A stretch of 64,000 bases of DNA, from NCBI GenBank assembly GCA_044229975.1, contig JBGARZ010000002.1, positions 256,001-320,000 on the forward strand. The letters are read 5' to 3'. Below are positions 55,509-64,000 of the stretch, piece after piece. The notes under the pieces were generated by a model. The model did not search any database and was not told the origin of the DNA. It saw only the letters and a program-made list of their open reading frames with translations. The stretch's first letter is position 1; every line of letters starts with the position of its first letter. A program made the translations under genes and the position numbers. This DNA is from Polyangiales bacterium. GTDB lineage: Bacteria; Myxococcota_A; Polyangia; Polyangiales; Ga0077539.

Positions 55509-57443
55509 ATGGACCTCGTGACACTCCGGCGGAACGGGCAGAGCCCGCCCCGCGACTTGCGCCGCTTTCTGCCCACCACCCGGGAGGAGATGGAAGCGCG
55601 CGGCTGGGATGCGATCGACATCCTCATCGTCAACGGCGACGCCTACGTCGACCACCCGGCCTTCGGCGGCGCGCTCATCGGGCGCTTCCTGGAGGGTCGG
55701 GGTTTTCGCGTCGGGATGATCGCGCAGCCCGACTGGCGCGACACCAAAGACCTCCTGCGGATGGGTGTTCCGCGGCTGATGGTGGGCATCACGGCGGGCA
55801 ACCTCGACTCGATGCTCAACAAGCTCACCGCGCAGAAGAAGACCCGCGCGGAGGACCAATACTCCCCCGGCGGTCGCACGGGCTTGCGCCCCAACCGCGC
55901 GTCCATCGTCTACGCCAACCTGTGCCGGCAGGCGTTTCCGGGCGTGCCGCTGGTGCTCGGCGGCATCGAGGCGTCGCTGCGACGCATCGCCCACTACGAC
56001 TACTGGTCTGACAGCGTGCGGCGCTCGCTGCTCCTCGACGCCAAGGCCGACCTGCTCATCTTCGGCATGGGCGAGAGCCCGGTGTGGGAGGTCGCGCGGC
56101 GACTCAAGGCGGGCGAGCGCATCGATCAGATTCGCGACGTGCGCGGCACCGCCTATGTGCTCCGCAAGGGCCAGTGGGAGGACATCCCGCCGAGCAAGCA
56201 CGTCACCGACGGCGGCGTCGTGGTGCTGCCCTCCTACGACGAGGTCCGCACCAGCAAGGACGCCTTCGCCGAGATGTCGCGGGCGTTTCAGTACGAGACC
56301 AACCCGGGCAACGCGCGGCCGCTGGTGCAGGCCCACGAGCACGAGGCGGTGTACTTCAATCCCCCAGCGTTCGCGCTCGACACGCAGACCATGGACGGGC
56401 TCTACGACCTGCCGTTTCTGCGCAAGGCGCACTGGCAGTACGACGCGCCCATCCCTGCGTTCGAGACGGTGAAGCACTCCATCGTCACGATGCGCGGGTG
56501 CTTTGGTGGGTGCACGTTCTGCTCGATCACCGAGCACGAGGGGCGGGTGATCTCGTCGCGCTCGGCTGACAGCGTGATGCGCGAGGTGCGCGCGCTGCGC
56601 CGGATGGACGGCTTCAACGGCGTCATCAGCGACCTCGGCGGCCCGACGGCCAACATGTACGAGATGCGCTGCAAGGACGACAAGATCGAGAGCGCCTGCC
56701 GACGGCTCTCGTGCGTGCACCCGGGCATCTGCGAAAACCTCGTGACCGACCACGGGCCGTTGCTCTCGCTGATGAAGCGGGTGCGCGAAGAGCCCGGGGT
56801 GAAGAAGGTCTTCCTCGCGTCGGGCGTGCGCTACGACATCGCCGAGCGGTCGCCGGAGTTCATCGAGACGCTGGCGAAGCACCACACGGGCGGACAGCTC
56901 TCGGTGGCGCCCGAGCACTCCAACAAGGACGTGCTCGACAAGATGAAGAAGCCCGGCATCGAGAGCTACGAGCGCTTCGCCGAGCAGTTTCAGTGCGCGA
57001 GCGAAGAGGCCGGGAAGAACCAGTTCCTCGTGCCGTACTTCATCAGCGGGCACCCGGGCTCGACGCTCAAGGACATGGTCGACCTCGCGCTCTGGCTGAA
57101 GGAGCGAAACATGAAGCCCAGGCAGGTGCAGGACTTCATCCCGACGCCGATGAGCGTGGCCACGACGATGTACTTCACGGGCATCGATCCGCTGTCGCGC
57201 ACGCCCGTCTACACGGCGCGTGACCTCTACGAGAAGCGGCTCCAGAAGGCGCTGATCCTGTACTGGGATCCTGCGCACCACGACGAGACGCGCGAGGCGC
57301 TGGTGAAGGCGGGCCGCGGTGACCTCATCGGGACCCGACCGGGGTGTCTCGTTCCGCCGGCGTCGGGGAAGGGATCGCTGTCGATCCACCAGCAGCGGGC
57401 GGGGGCGAAGGGTCGGCCGCTGGGTCGCGAACGTCGCGGTTGA
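55509..57443 (+). CDS. YgiQ-family radical SAM protein
   Basis: FLPTT..EM...[25 protein letters not shown] (CxxxCxxC) and QVQDFIPTP. Confidence 0.92.
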   Translation: MDLVTLRRNGQSPPRDLRRFLPTTREEMEARGWDAIDILIVNGDAYVDHPAFGGALIGRFLEGRGFRVGMIAQPDWRDTKDLLRMGVPRLMVGITAGNLDSMLNKLTAQKKTRAEDQYSPGGRTGLRPNRASIVYANLCRQAFPGVPLVLGGIEASLRRIAHYDYWSDSVRRSLLLDAKADLLIFGMGESPVWEVARRLKAGERIDQIRDVRGTAYVLRKGQWEDIPPSKHVTDGGVVVLPSYDEVRTSKDAFAEMSRAFQYETNPGNARPLVQAHEHEAVYFNPPAFALDTQTMDGLYDLPFLRKAHWQYDAPIPAFETVKHSIVTMRGCFGGCTFCSITEHEGRVISSRSADSVMREVRALRRMDGFNGVISDLGGPTANMYEMRCKDDKIESACRRLSCVHPGICENLVTDHGPLLSLMKRVREEPGVKKVFLASGVRYDIAERSPEFIETLAKHHTGGQLSVAPEHSNKDVLDKMKKPGIESYERFAEQFQCASEEAGKNQFLVPYFISGHPGSTLKDMVDLALWLKERNMKPRQVQDFIPTPMSVATTMYFTGIDPLSRTPVYTARDLYEKRLQKALILYWDPAHHDETREALVKAGRGDLIGTRPGCLVPPASGKGSLSIHQQRAGAKGRPLGRERRG

Positions 57444-57596
57444 AGCGACCGAACGGGCAAAGTATGGTTCGCCCCGCGTGAGGCGAGGCCGGTGGTCGGC
57501 GGGGCGACGAAAGCTCTGTCGGCCAACGTGCGTAAGACGTCGCCGAGTGGCGGTGTGGGTGGCGCTCGGTGAGCGTCACCAGAGGAGTTCGGTGAA

Positions 57597-58931
57597 ATGG
57601 GACTGATCGACAGCGCGAAGAACTTCCTGCAGAGCGATGTGGTGAAGAACGGCGTCCGCGAGATGATGATCGCGCGCCCGGAGGACAACAACGACCTGAT
57701 CTGGAAGCACCCCGATCAGACCATCCCGATGTTCGCGCAGTGCACGGTGCGCGCGGACGAGTGGGGTGTGTTCTCCAAGGAGGGTCGTCCCGTCGGTACG
57801 CTCGACGCGGGTCGCTGCACCCTGTCGACGGCCAACATCCCGTTCTTGTCGAACTTCATCGACCAGTACACGGGCGGCAACTTCCTCATGACGGAGCTTT
57901 TCTTCGTCAAGCGCACGCCCTTCCCCAAGAAGTTCGGCGGCACGCTCGGCAACATGATCGACCCGATGACCAGCATCCGCCTCCGGGCGCGCTGCCACGG
58001 TGAGATCCTGCTCCGTGTCGAAAACCCCGAGACGCTGATCTACCAGTACTTCGGGATGCGGAAGTTCCAGGAGCACGCCGACATCTTCGACTGGTTCGTC
58101 AACAGCTTCTTCAACACGGTGAAGAGCACCATCGGCAAGCTCGCTCGCGAGCAGCGCCGCTCGGTCCTCGACATCATGGACATGCAGGACGAGCTCGCGC
58201 AGGCGTGCGTCGCCAACGCGACGGAGCTCGCGCAGGCCGGCATCCGCATCGTCAAGGTGACCAAGCTCGAAGTCGACGTCCCCGAGGAGGACGTGAAGCG
58301 CTTCGACGAGATGCGCCAGAAGGTCGCCGAGCAGATGGTCGGCCTCCAGGTCGACGAGATCGGCATCCAGCGCGCCGCCCTCCAGGCGCAGGCCGCCGCG
58401 GCCGCCGCGCAGGTCGGCGTCTCGACGGCGCAGTACCAGGCCCAGGCCGCCCAGTTCGGCATCGACCAGCGGCGCGCCAACGACGCCGCCTACGTTGGGC
58501 TGGCGGGTGGTGACATCAACCGCCTCGGTCAGTTCGAGGCGATGCGTGGCGCGGGCGCGGGCCTCGCGCAGGGCGGCGGCAACACGGGCCTCGCGGGCAT
58601 GGCCGCGCAGGTTGGCGTGGGCGCGTCGCTCGGGTCCAACCTCGCAGGCGGCGCCCTCGGCGGGCTCGTCGGCGGTGGCGCCGGTGCTCTCGCGGGCGCG
58701 GTCGCCGGTGGTGCGGTCGCGGGCGGCGCAGCGGCGCAGGGCGCGCTCATCGCGTGCCCGCACTGCAACGCGCAGGTGCGCCCCGGGAAGTTCTGCGCGG
58801 AGTGCGGTGGCAACATCGCCGTCGCCGCGAAGAAGAACTGCGCCAACTGCGGCGTGGAGCTGGGCGCCAACGCCCGCTTCTGCCCCGAGTGCGGCACCCC
58901 GGCGGTCGCTCCGGCCGCTGCCCAGCGCTGA
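57597..58931 (+). CDS. SPFH/band-7 domain protein with C-terminal double zinc ribbon
   Basis: LIWKHP...LSTANIPFL...KFG SPFH-like N-terminus, a Gly/Ala-rich linker and four CxxC pairs (KFCAECG, RFCPECG). Confidence 0.85.
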   Translation: MGLIDSAKNFLQSDVVKNGVREMMIARPEDNNDLIWKHPDQTIPMFAQCTVRADEWGVFSKEGRPVGTLDAGRCTLSTANIPFLSNFIDQYTGGNFLMTELFFVKRTPFPKKFGGTLGNMIDPMTSIRLRARCHGEILLRVENPETLIYQYFGMRKFQEHADIFDWFVNSFFNTVKSTIGKLAREQRRSVLDIMDMQDELAQACVANATELAQAGIRIVKVTKLEVDVPEEDVKRFDEMRQKVAEQMVGLQVDEIGIQRAALQAQAAAAAAQVGVSTAQYQAQAAQFGIDQRRANDAAYVGLAGGDINRLGQFEAMRGAGAGLAQGGGNTGLAGMAAQVGVGASLGSNLAGGALGGLVGGGAGALAGAVAGGAVAGGAAAQGALIACPHCNAQVRPGKFCAECGGNIAVAAKKNCANCGVELGANARFCPECGTPAVAPAAAQR

Positions 58932-58949
58932 CGGCAGCTCGCTCCCGAG

Positions 58950-58973
58950 GAGGGCGCTCCCCCCGGCGCCCTC
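58950..58973. terminator. Hairpin between convergent genes
   Basis: GAGGGCGC-(8 nt)-GCGCCCTC. Confidence 0.45.
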
Positions 58974-59007
58974 ATCCCCTCCCCCCAACACCTCGATCAG
59001 ACGTCGA

Positions 59008-59835
59008 TCAGAACTCCATCGCCAGGCCGAGGTTCCACGTCTCGGAGCCGAGGTGGAGCTGCGCGCGCGCGCCGATGGTGCCGAGGTCGGAGCGCGTGTA
59101 CTCGGCGAAGAGGTAGCTGTGGTTGACGCCCATCTGCTGGTCCCACGCGCGCTGCACCGCGGGCTCGAACACGTCGAGGCGCAGCATCAACCCCAGCGCG
59201 AGGTGGGTGCCGATCGACCCGCCGGTGGCGGCCTGGCCGAGGTCGGGGTCGCTCGCGTTGGCACCCGGGGAGAGCGTGAGCGAGCGGCGCGAGAGGGTGT
59301 CACCGTTGGTGATCCACCAGTAGGCATACCCGACGCCGTATTTCACGTACGGCACCACGGGGATCACCGTGCGGCGCGCCAGCACGTCGAGGCGAAACAC
59401 GCCGACGACGTAGCCAGGGATGACCTCCAGCGCGGTCTGCTGACCATCCGTGGGTCGCTGCCAGCCGGAGGCCGGAGGCATCGGCGACTGGGTGAGCGGC
59501 GCGATGGCAGAGATGGACGTGTAGCCCGCGCCGACGCCGAGACCGAGCGACCCGATGGGGTTGATGCGCAGAAACTGCCAATCGATTTCCGCCGAGAGCA
59601 GCAGGCGATCAGTGGTGCCGAACATGTCGGCGAAGGGCGTCGCGCCGTTGTTGAACTCCGAGTCGACGGCCGGGTACCAGGGCCCGCCGCGGAGCTCGAC
59701 GAGGAAGTTCTGCGACGACTCGTGGCGGCTCACCGACCGGTCACGACCGAAGAGCTCGAAGGTCTGCGCCTCCACGACGGACGGTGCCGTCCCCGCGAGA
59801 AGGCCCGCGACCGCACATGCCCACCAGCGCCTCAT
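59008..59835 (-). CDS. MXAN_2562-like outer-membrane beta-barrel protein
   Basis: Signal peptide, ELRGGPWYPAVDSEF, VPYVKYG, GVNHSYLFAEY and C-terminal LAMEF. Confidence 0.7.
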   Translation of the reverse strand: MRRWWACAVAGLLAGTAPSVVEAQTFELFGRDRSVSRHESSQNFLVELRGGPWYPAVDSEFNNGATPFADMFGTTDRLLLSAEIDWQFLRINPIGSLGLGVGAGYTSISAIAPLTQSPMPPASGWQRPTDGQQTALEVIPGYVVGVFRLDVLARRTVIPVVPYVKYGVGYAYWWITNGDTLSRRSLTLSPGANASDPDLGQAATGGSIGTHLALGLMLRLDVFEPAVQRAWDQQMGVNHSYLFAEYTRSDLGTIGARAQLHLGSETWNLGLAMEF

Positions 59836-61010
59836 CGACTCTTCCTCCTCCGACGCACCCAGACCGCGACGCCAACCACGAGACCCATCCACGCACCCGA
59901 AGCGCCCACGCGACCCGCCGACACCGCACAAGCGCCGGGCAGCGCCTGGCCGCCCGCGGCCCGGTACGACTCCCAGAAGTCCGTCACCGGAACCGGGGTC
60001 ACGCACCGAGGAGCCACCGACACCACGCTGCGGTTGCCCGCGAGGTCCTGCGCCACCACCGCGAGGTGATACGGGCGGCCGTTGGTGAGGCCCTGCGCCA
60101 CCGCGCGCGTGGCCGTCGCGCCCACGAGATCGCTGCACCGATACCGGGCAAACGCGGCGCTGTCGTTGGGGTTGAGCGTCGTCAGCGCGGAGGCTCCGCA
60201 GGTGCCGCCCGCTCCGTCGTCTCCCTCGTCCTCGTCGTCCGCGTCGAGGCGCACGTACGAGGAGTCGCCCGCGTCGGTTCCGCCGTCAGAGGCGGTGGCG
60301 CTCAGCGGCGGATCGCACAACAACCAGTAGCCCTGGAGGTCGGGCGGCGCGGCCGTCGTGGTGCCGCCGTCGGTGTCGGTCGAGAGCGAGCCGGGGTACG
60401 TCCACGTCACGATGGCGGCGCCCTCGCCGGGGCCAGCGACGACGTCGGTCGGCGCGTCGGGCGGCGTGACGTCGTACGCGACGGAGTACGTGCCCACCAC
60501 GTTGCTGTCCGAGGGAGGAAACGCCAGCAGTGAGAGGTAGTTGGTGTTGGCCGTCCCCTGCGTGGTGCCGGGCGTCGCGCAGTTGCCGCCCTCGGGGTCG
60601 ACCAGGTAGCGGCTCTGGATGCGCACCGTGTAGCTGAGCGGCGTCGTCGGGTTGGTGAACGTCAGCGACGGCGTCTGGCGGATGGGCCAGCAGCGGGCCG
60701 TGCCCGACGTCACCGGCGCGCGCGCGTTGGCCATGGTGCAGGCCATCGCGTCGGCGCCGACGAAATACTGAAGCGACGTCGTGGTCATGCCGCCGGGGTT
60801 GGCGGAGAAGTTGATCGTGAAGGTCCACTCCTCGCTCTCGCAGTCGCGCAGCCCGATGGGCGACGTGATGTTGAGCGACGACTGGATGCCGCCGGGGTCT
60901 TGCGTGCGAGGTGAGCCCGAGCGCGAGATGTTGGTGAACACCTGCGCCGACGCCTCGCTCGTCAGTCCGAGGAGGGCCACCGCCAACAGCAGCGAGGTCG
61001 TGCGCGACAT
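59832..61010 (-). CDS. MXAN_2561-like surface protein with an FnIII-like domain and a MYXO-CTERM-like anchor
   Basis: Signal peptide ending ASA; PPDAPTDV..GPGEG and GLTNG..Y...V.A.D.AGN (FnIII); DFWESY; C-terminal GACAV..., hydrophobic stretch and RRRRK. Confidence 0.75.
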   Translation of the reverse strand: MSRTTSLLLAVALLGLTSEASAQVFTNISRSGSPRTQDPGGIQSSLNITSPIGLRDCESEEWTFTINFSANPGGMTTTSLQYFVGADAMACTMANARAPVTSGTARCWPIRQTPSLTFTNPTTPLSYTVRIQSRYLVDPEGGNCATPGTTQGTANTNYLSLLAFPPSDSNVVGTYSVAYDVTPPDAPTDVVAGPGEGAAIVTWTYPGSLSTDTDGGTTTAAPPDLQGYWLLCDPPLSATASDGGTDAGDSSYVRLDADDEDEGDDGAGGTCGASALTTLNPNDSAAFARYRCSDLVGATATRAVAQGLTNGRPYHLAVVAQDLAGNRSVVSVAPRCVTPVPVTDFWESYRAAGGQALPGACAVSAGRVGASGAWMGLVVGVAVWVRRRRKSR

Positions 61011-61126
61011 CCGCGGGATGAACAGCAAGGCGCGTTCCTCACGGGGAGCGACGTCGCGAGCGGAGTTCTCCGCGGATTCACGTATGGAGAGCGATGCCAC
61101 GCGCTGCCAGGATGTCACGCCGACGG

Positions 61127-62152
61127 TCATGCCCGGGTCGAAGGCGTCACACCGAAGGCCCGCTCGGCGACCTGAACGGCGTTGAGCGCGGCACCCTTGC
61201 GGAGGTTGTCGCCAACCACCCAGAGGGACAGCGCTTGCGGGTCGTTGAGGTCTTGCCGCACGCGGCCCACGGCGACGGCGTCGGTGCCCGACACCTGCCG
61301 CGGCTGCGGATGCTGGCCGGGCCCGATGCGGTCGTCGACCACCACGCCCGGCGCGGCGCGCAAGCAAGCGAGCGCCTCGTCGCGCGTGACGGTGCGGCTG
61401 AAGCGCGCCCAGACGCTCTGCGAGTGGGCGTTGCGCACGGGCACGCGCACGCAGGTCGGAGACACGCGGAGCCCCGGCAGCTCCATGATCTTGCGGCTCT
61501 CGGCGACGATCTTCAGCTCCTCCTCGGAGAAGCCCGAGGGCTCGTGCGACCAGTCCGCGAGCAGGTTGCCCGCAAGCACGCCGGGCAGCACCGCCGTCGG
61601 AGGCTCTTCGCCCGCTGCGATGGCGCGCTGCTGACGCTCGAACTCGTCGACGGCCCGCGCGCCCTTGCCCGAGATGGCCTGGTAGGTCGACACCACGACG
61701 TGTTCGAGGCCCGCGAGGTCGTGCAGGGGCTTGAGCGCGAGCAGTAGCTGGATGGTCGAGCAGTTGGGGTTGGCGACGATGCCGACGCGCGACGCTGGGA
61801 TGCGGTGGCCGTTGACCTCGGGCACCACCAGCGGGAGGTCGTCGTGCATGCGGAACGCGCTGGAGTTGTCGACCACCAGGCAGCCCGCCTTCGCCGCGAT
61901 GGGGCCCCACTCGCGGGCCACCGACGAGCCCGCCGAGAACAGCGCCACCGAGGCGCCCTCGAAGACGCTCGCCGAAGGCGGCTGCAGGGTGAGGGGCTCG
62001 CCGCGGAAGTTCACCGTGCCGCCCGCGGACTTCTCCGACGCGATGGCGCGCAGCTGGCGCACGGGAAAGTCACGCTGCTCCAGCACGCGGAGCATCTCCT
62101 GCCCGACAGCGCCGGTCGCGCCGACGAGCACCACATCCATGCGTTCGTTCAT
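61127..62152 (-). CDS. asd: Aspartate-semialdehyde dehydrogenase
   Basis: VGATGAVG, DNSSAFR, ANPNCST and DNLRKGAALNAVQ. Confidence 0.96.
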   Translation of the reverse strand: MNERMDVVLVGATGAVGQEMLRVLEQRDFPVRQLRAIASEKSAGGTVNFRGEPLTLQPPSASVFEGASVALFSAGSSVAREWGPIAAKAGCLVVDNSSAFRMHDDLPLVVPEVNGHRIPASRVGIVANPNCSTIQLLLALKPLHDLAGLEHVVVSTYQAISGKGARAVDEFERQQRAIAAGEEPPTAVLPGVLAGNLLADWSHEPSGFSEEELKIVAESRKIMELPGLRVSPTCVRVPVRNAHSQSVWARFSRTVTRDEALACLRAAPGVVVDDRIGPGQHPQPRQVSGTDAVAVGRVRQDLNDPQALSLWVVGDNLRKGAALNAVQVAERAFGVTPSTRA

Positions 62153-62243
62153 GGCGGAACTCTCTACCGAAGATTGGTCCCCGCGCACAATCGCGCGGAG
62201 ACCGATCGGGTGATTTGGGAGGGGGATTTCGGAAGGAGGATCT

Positions 62244-64000
62244 TCAGCGACGCGGGCGATCACCACCGCGGCCGGGCGGGCCGCGACGGTCACCACCGGA
62301 GCTGCGGGGCGGCTCGTTGTGGGACTTCTCCATCCGCTCCTTGGCGCGCTCGCCCTCCTCCCCTTCGGGGAGCGGGAGCACCGCGCGGCGGGAGAGGCGG
62401 ATCTTGCCGGTGCCATCCTCGATGGAGAGCACCTTGACCTCGACCTCCTGGCCCTCCTTGAGGACGTCGGCGACGTTCTCGATGCGGACGTGGTCGAGCT
62501 CGCTCACGTGCACGAGCCCTTCGGTGCCAGGGAAGATCTCGACGAAGGCGCCGAAGTCGACGACCCGCTTCACGGTGCCCTTGTACACGGCCCCGATCTC
62601 CGCCTCGGCGGTGAGGCCGCGGATGATGTCGATGGCGCGCTGCACCGCGACGCTGTCGGCGCTCGCGATGTTGACCGTTCCGTCGTCCTCGACGTCGATG
62701 GCGACGCCGGTCTGGTCGACGATGCCCTTGATGGTCTTGCCGCCGGGGCCGATGACGAGGCGGATCTGCGAGGGATTGACCTTGAGCGTCGTGATGCGCG
62801 GCGCGTACTTCGACAGCTCGGTGCGGTGCGTCGGCAGCGTCGCGAGCATGCGCCCGAGGATGTGCAGCCGCGCGTCGCGGGCCTGCTTGAGGGCCTTCTC
62901 CAGGATCTCGCGCGAGAGCCCGTCGATCTTGATGTCCATCTGGATCGCGGTGACGCCCTTGGCGGTGCCGCAGACCTTGAAGTCCATGTCGCCGAGGTGA
63001 TCTTCGTCGCCGAGGATGTCGGTGAGGATGGCGATCTTGTCGCCCTCCTTGATGAGACCCATCGCGATGCCGGCGACGGGGGCCTTGATGGGCACGCCGG
63101 CGTCCATGAGGGCGAGCGCGCCGCCGCAGACCGAGGCCATGGAGCTCGACCCGTTGGACTCGGTGATCTCGCTCACGATGCGGACGGTGTACGGAAACTG
63201 CTCGGCCGGCGGGATCATCCGCGCGAGCGCGCGCTCGGCGAGGTTGCCGTGACCGATCTCGCGACGGCCGGGGCCGCGCATGGGCTTGGTCTCGCCGACC
63301 GAGTACGGCGGGAAGTTGTAGTGGAGCAGGAAGCGCTTCCACTTCTCGCCGACGAGGCCGTCGATCTTCTGCTCGTCCTGCGCGGTGCCGAGGGTGGCGG
63401 TGACGATGCCCTGGGTTTCGCCGCGGGTGAAGAGCGCGCTGCCGTGCACGCGCGGGAGCAGGCCGACCTCGCACGCGATGGGTCGCACGGTGACGCTGTC
63501 GCGGCCGTCGATGCGCACCTGCTCGTCGACGATCATCGTGCGCATGACGTTGCCCTGCACCTCGCTGAACGCCTCCTTGAGCAGCCCCTCCTTCTCGGGG
63601 AACTCGGGCTTGAGCGCCTCGAGCATCTGGCTCTTGAGCGCCTTGAACTTCCCGTAGCGCTCGCCCTTCACGCGGGTGCGCGACGCGTCGCTCAGGCCCG
63701 CGCCGACGACCTCGCGGATGCGGCGGAACATGTCGTCCGTGGGGCGCTTCGCAGCGAAGACCTTCTTGGTCTTGCCCACCGCCTCGCGGATGCGCTCCTG
63801 GAGTTCGAGCACCGGCTGCATGCTGCGGTGCGCGAACATGAGCGCCTCGATGAGCTCGTCCTCGGAGAACTCGTCGGCGGCCCCCTCGACCATCACGATG
63901 GCGTCCTTGCTGCCCGCGACGATCATGTCGAGATCGCTCTTGGCGATCTCGTCGAAGGTGGGGTTGGCGACAAGCTTGCCGTCCACGCGACCCACGCGAA
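62244..64000 (-). CDS. pnp: Polyribonucleotide nucleotidyltransferase (5' end outside the window)
   Basis: RIDGR, HGSALFTRGETQ, RREIGHG, SNGSSSMAS, GDMDFKV and KH plus S1 domains. Confidence 0.97.
   Translation of the reverse strand, partial: RVGRVDGKLVANPTFDEIAKSDLDMIVAGSKDAIVMVEGAADEFSEDELIEALMFAHRSMQPVLELQERIREAVGKTKKVFAAKRPTDDMFRRIREVVGAGLSDASRTRVKGERYGKFKALKSQMLEALKPEFPEKEGLLKEAFSEVQGNVMRTMIVDEQVRIDGRDSVTVRPIACEVGLLPRVHGSALFTRGETQGIVTATLGTAQDEQKIDGLVGEKWKRFLLHYNFPPYSVGETKPMRGPGRREIGHGNLAERALARMIPPAEQFPYTVRIVSEITESNGSSSMASVCGGALALMDAGVPIKAPVAGIAMGLIKEGDKIAILTDILGDEDHLGDMDFKVCGTAKGVTAIQMDIKIDGLSREILEKALKQARDARLHILGRMLATLPTHRTELSKYAPRITTLKVNPSQIRLVIGPGGKTIKGIVDQTGVAIDVEDDGTVNIASADSVAVQRAIDIIRGLTAEAEIGAVYKGTVKRVVDFGAFVEIFPGTEGLVHVSELDHVRIENVADVLKEGQEVEVKVLSIEDGTGKIRLSRRAVLPLPEGEEGERAKERMEKSHNEPPRSSGGDRRGPPGRGGDRPRR

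Overview
A very GC-rich bacterial chromosomal segment, most likely from a myxobacterium (Myxococcota). That assignment is inferred from a MYXO-CTERM-like anchored protein next to an MXAN_2562-like barrel, a TIGR04551-like outer-membrane protein, a Haliangium-like BMC-T, a TonB-fused receptor and many DAG-rich lipoproteins. The standout element is at the left edge: an apparently intact retron locus made of a 5'-truncated HEAT/ARM-repeat gene, a translationally coupled SWIM zinc-finger gene, a ~290-nt structured msr-msd ncRNA (3070-3362, with a ~36-bp a1/a2 stem and a long msd hairpin) and a retron reverse transcriptase (NATPH, YADD, VTG) with a long N-terminal extension. This fits the Mx162-like type XIII retron architecture, whose effector mechanism I do not know to be established. 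The rest is mostly housekeeping (recG, greA, thiS-thiG-thiE, MacAB-like exporter, moeB, purM-purN, rnj, radA, recQ, asd, pnp) mixed with myxobacterial envelope proteins. Secondary oddities include an orphan McrB-like AAA+ protein with no McrC partner, a protein with seven FNPFA repeats, a degenerate secreted CpcT/CpeT-like protein, a satellite BMC-T gene, a rubredoxin missed by the ORF track and two possible SOS-box-like sites upstream of the recQ unit. I found no CRISPR array, tRNA, rRNA, transposase or integrase. Family names come from motif recognition by eye, not from database searches.
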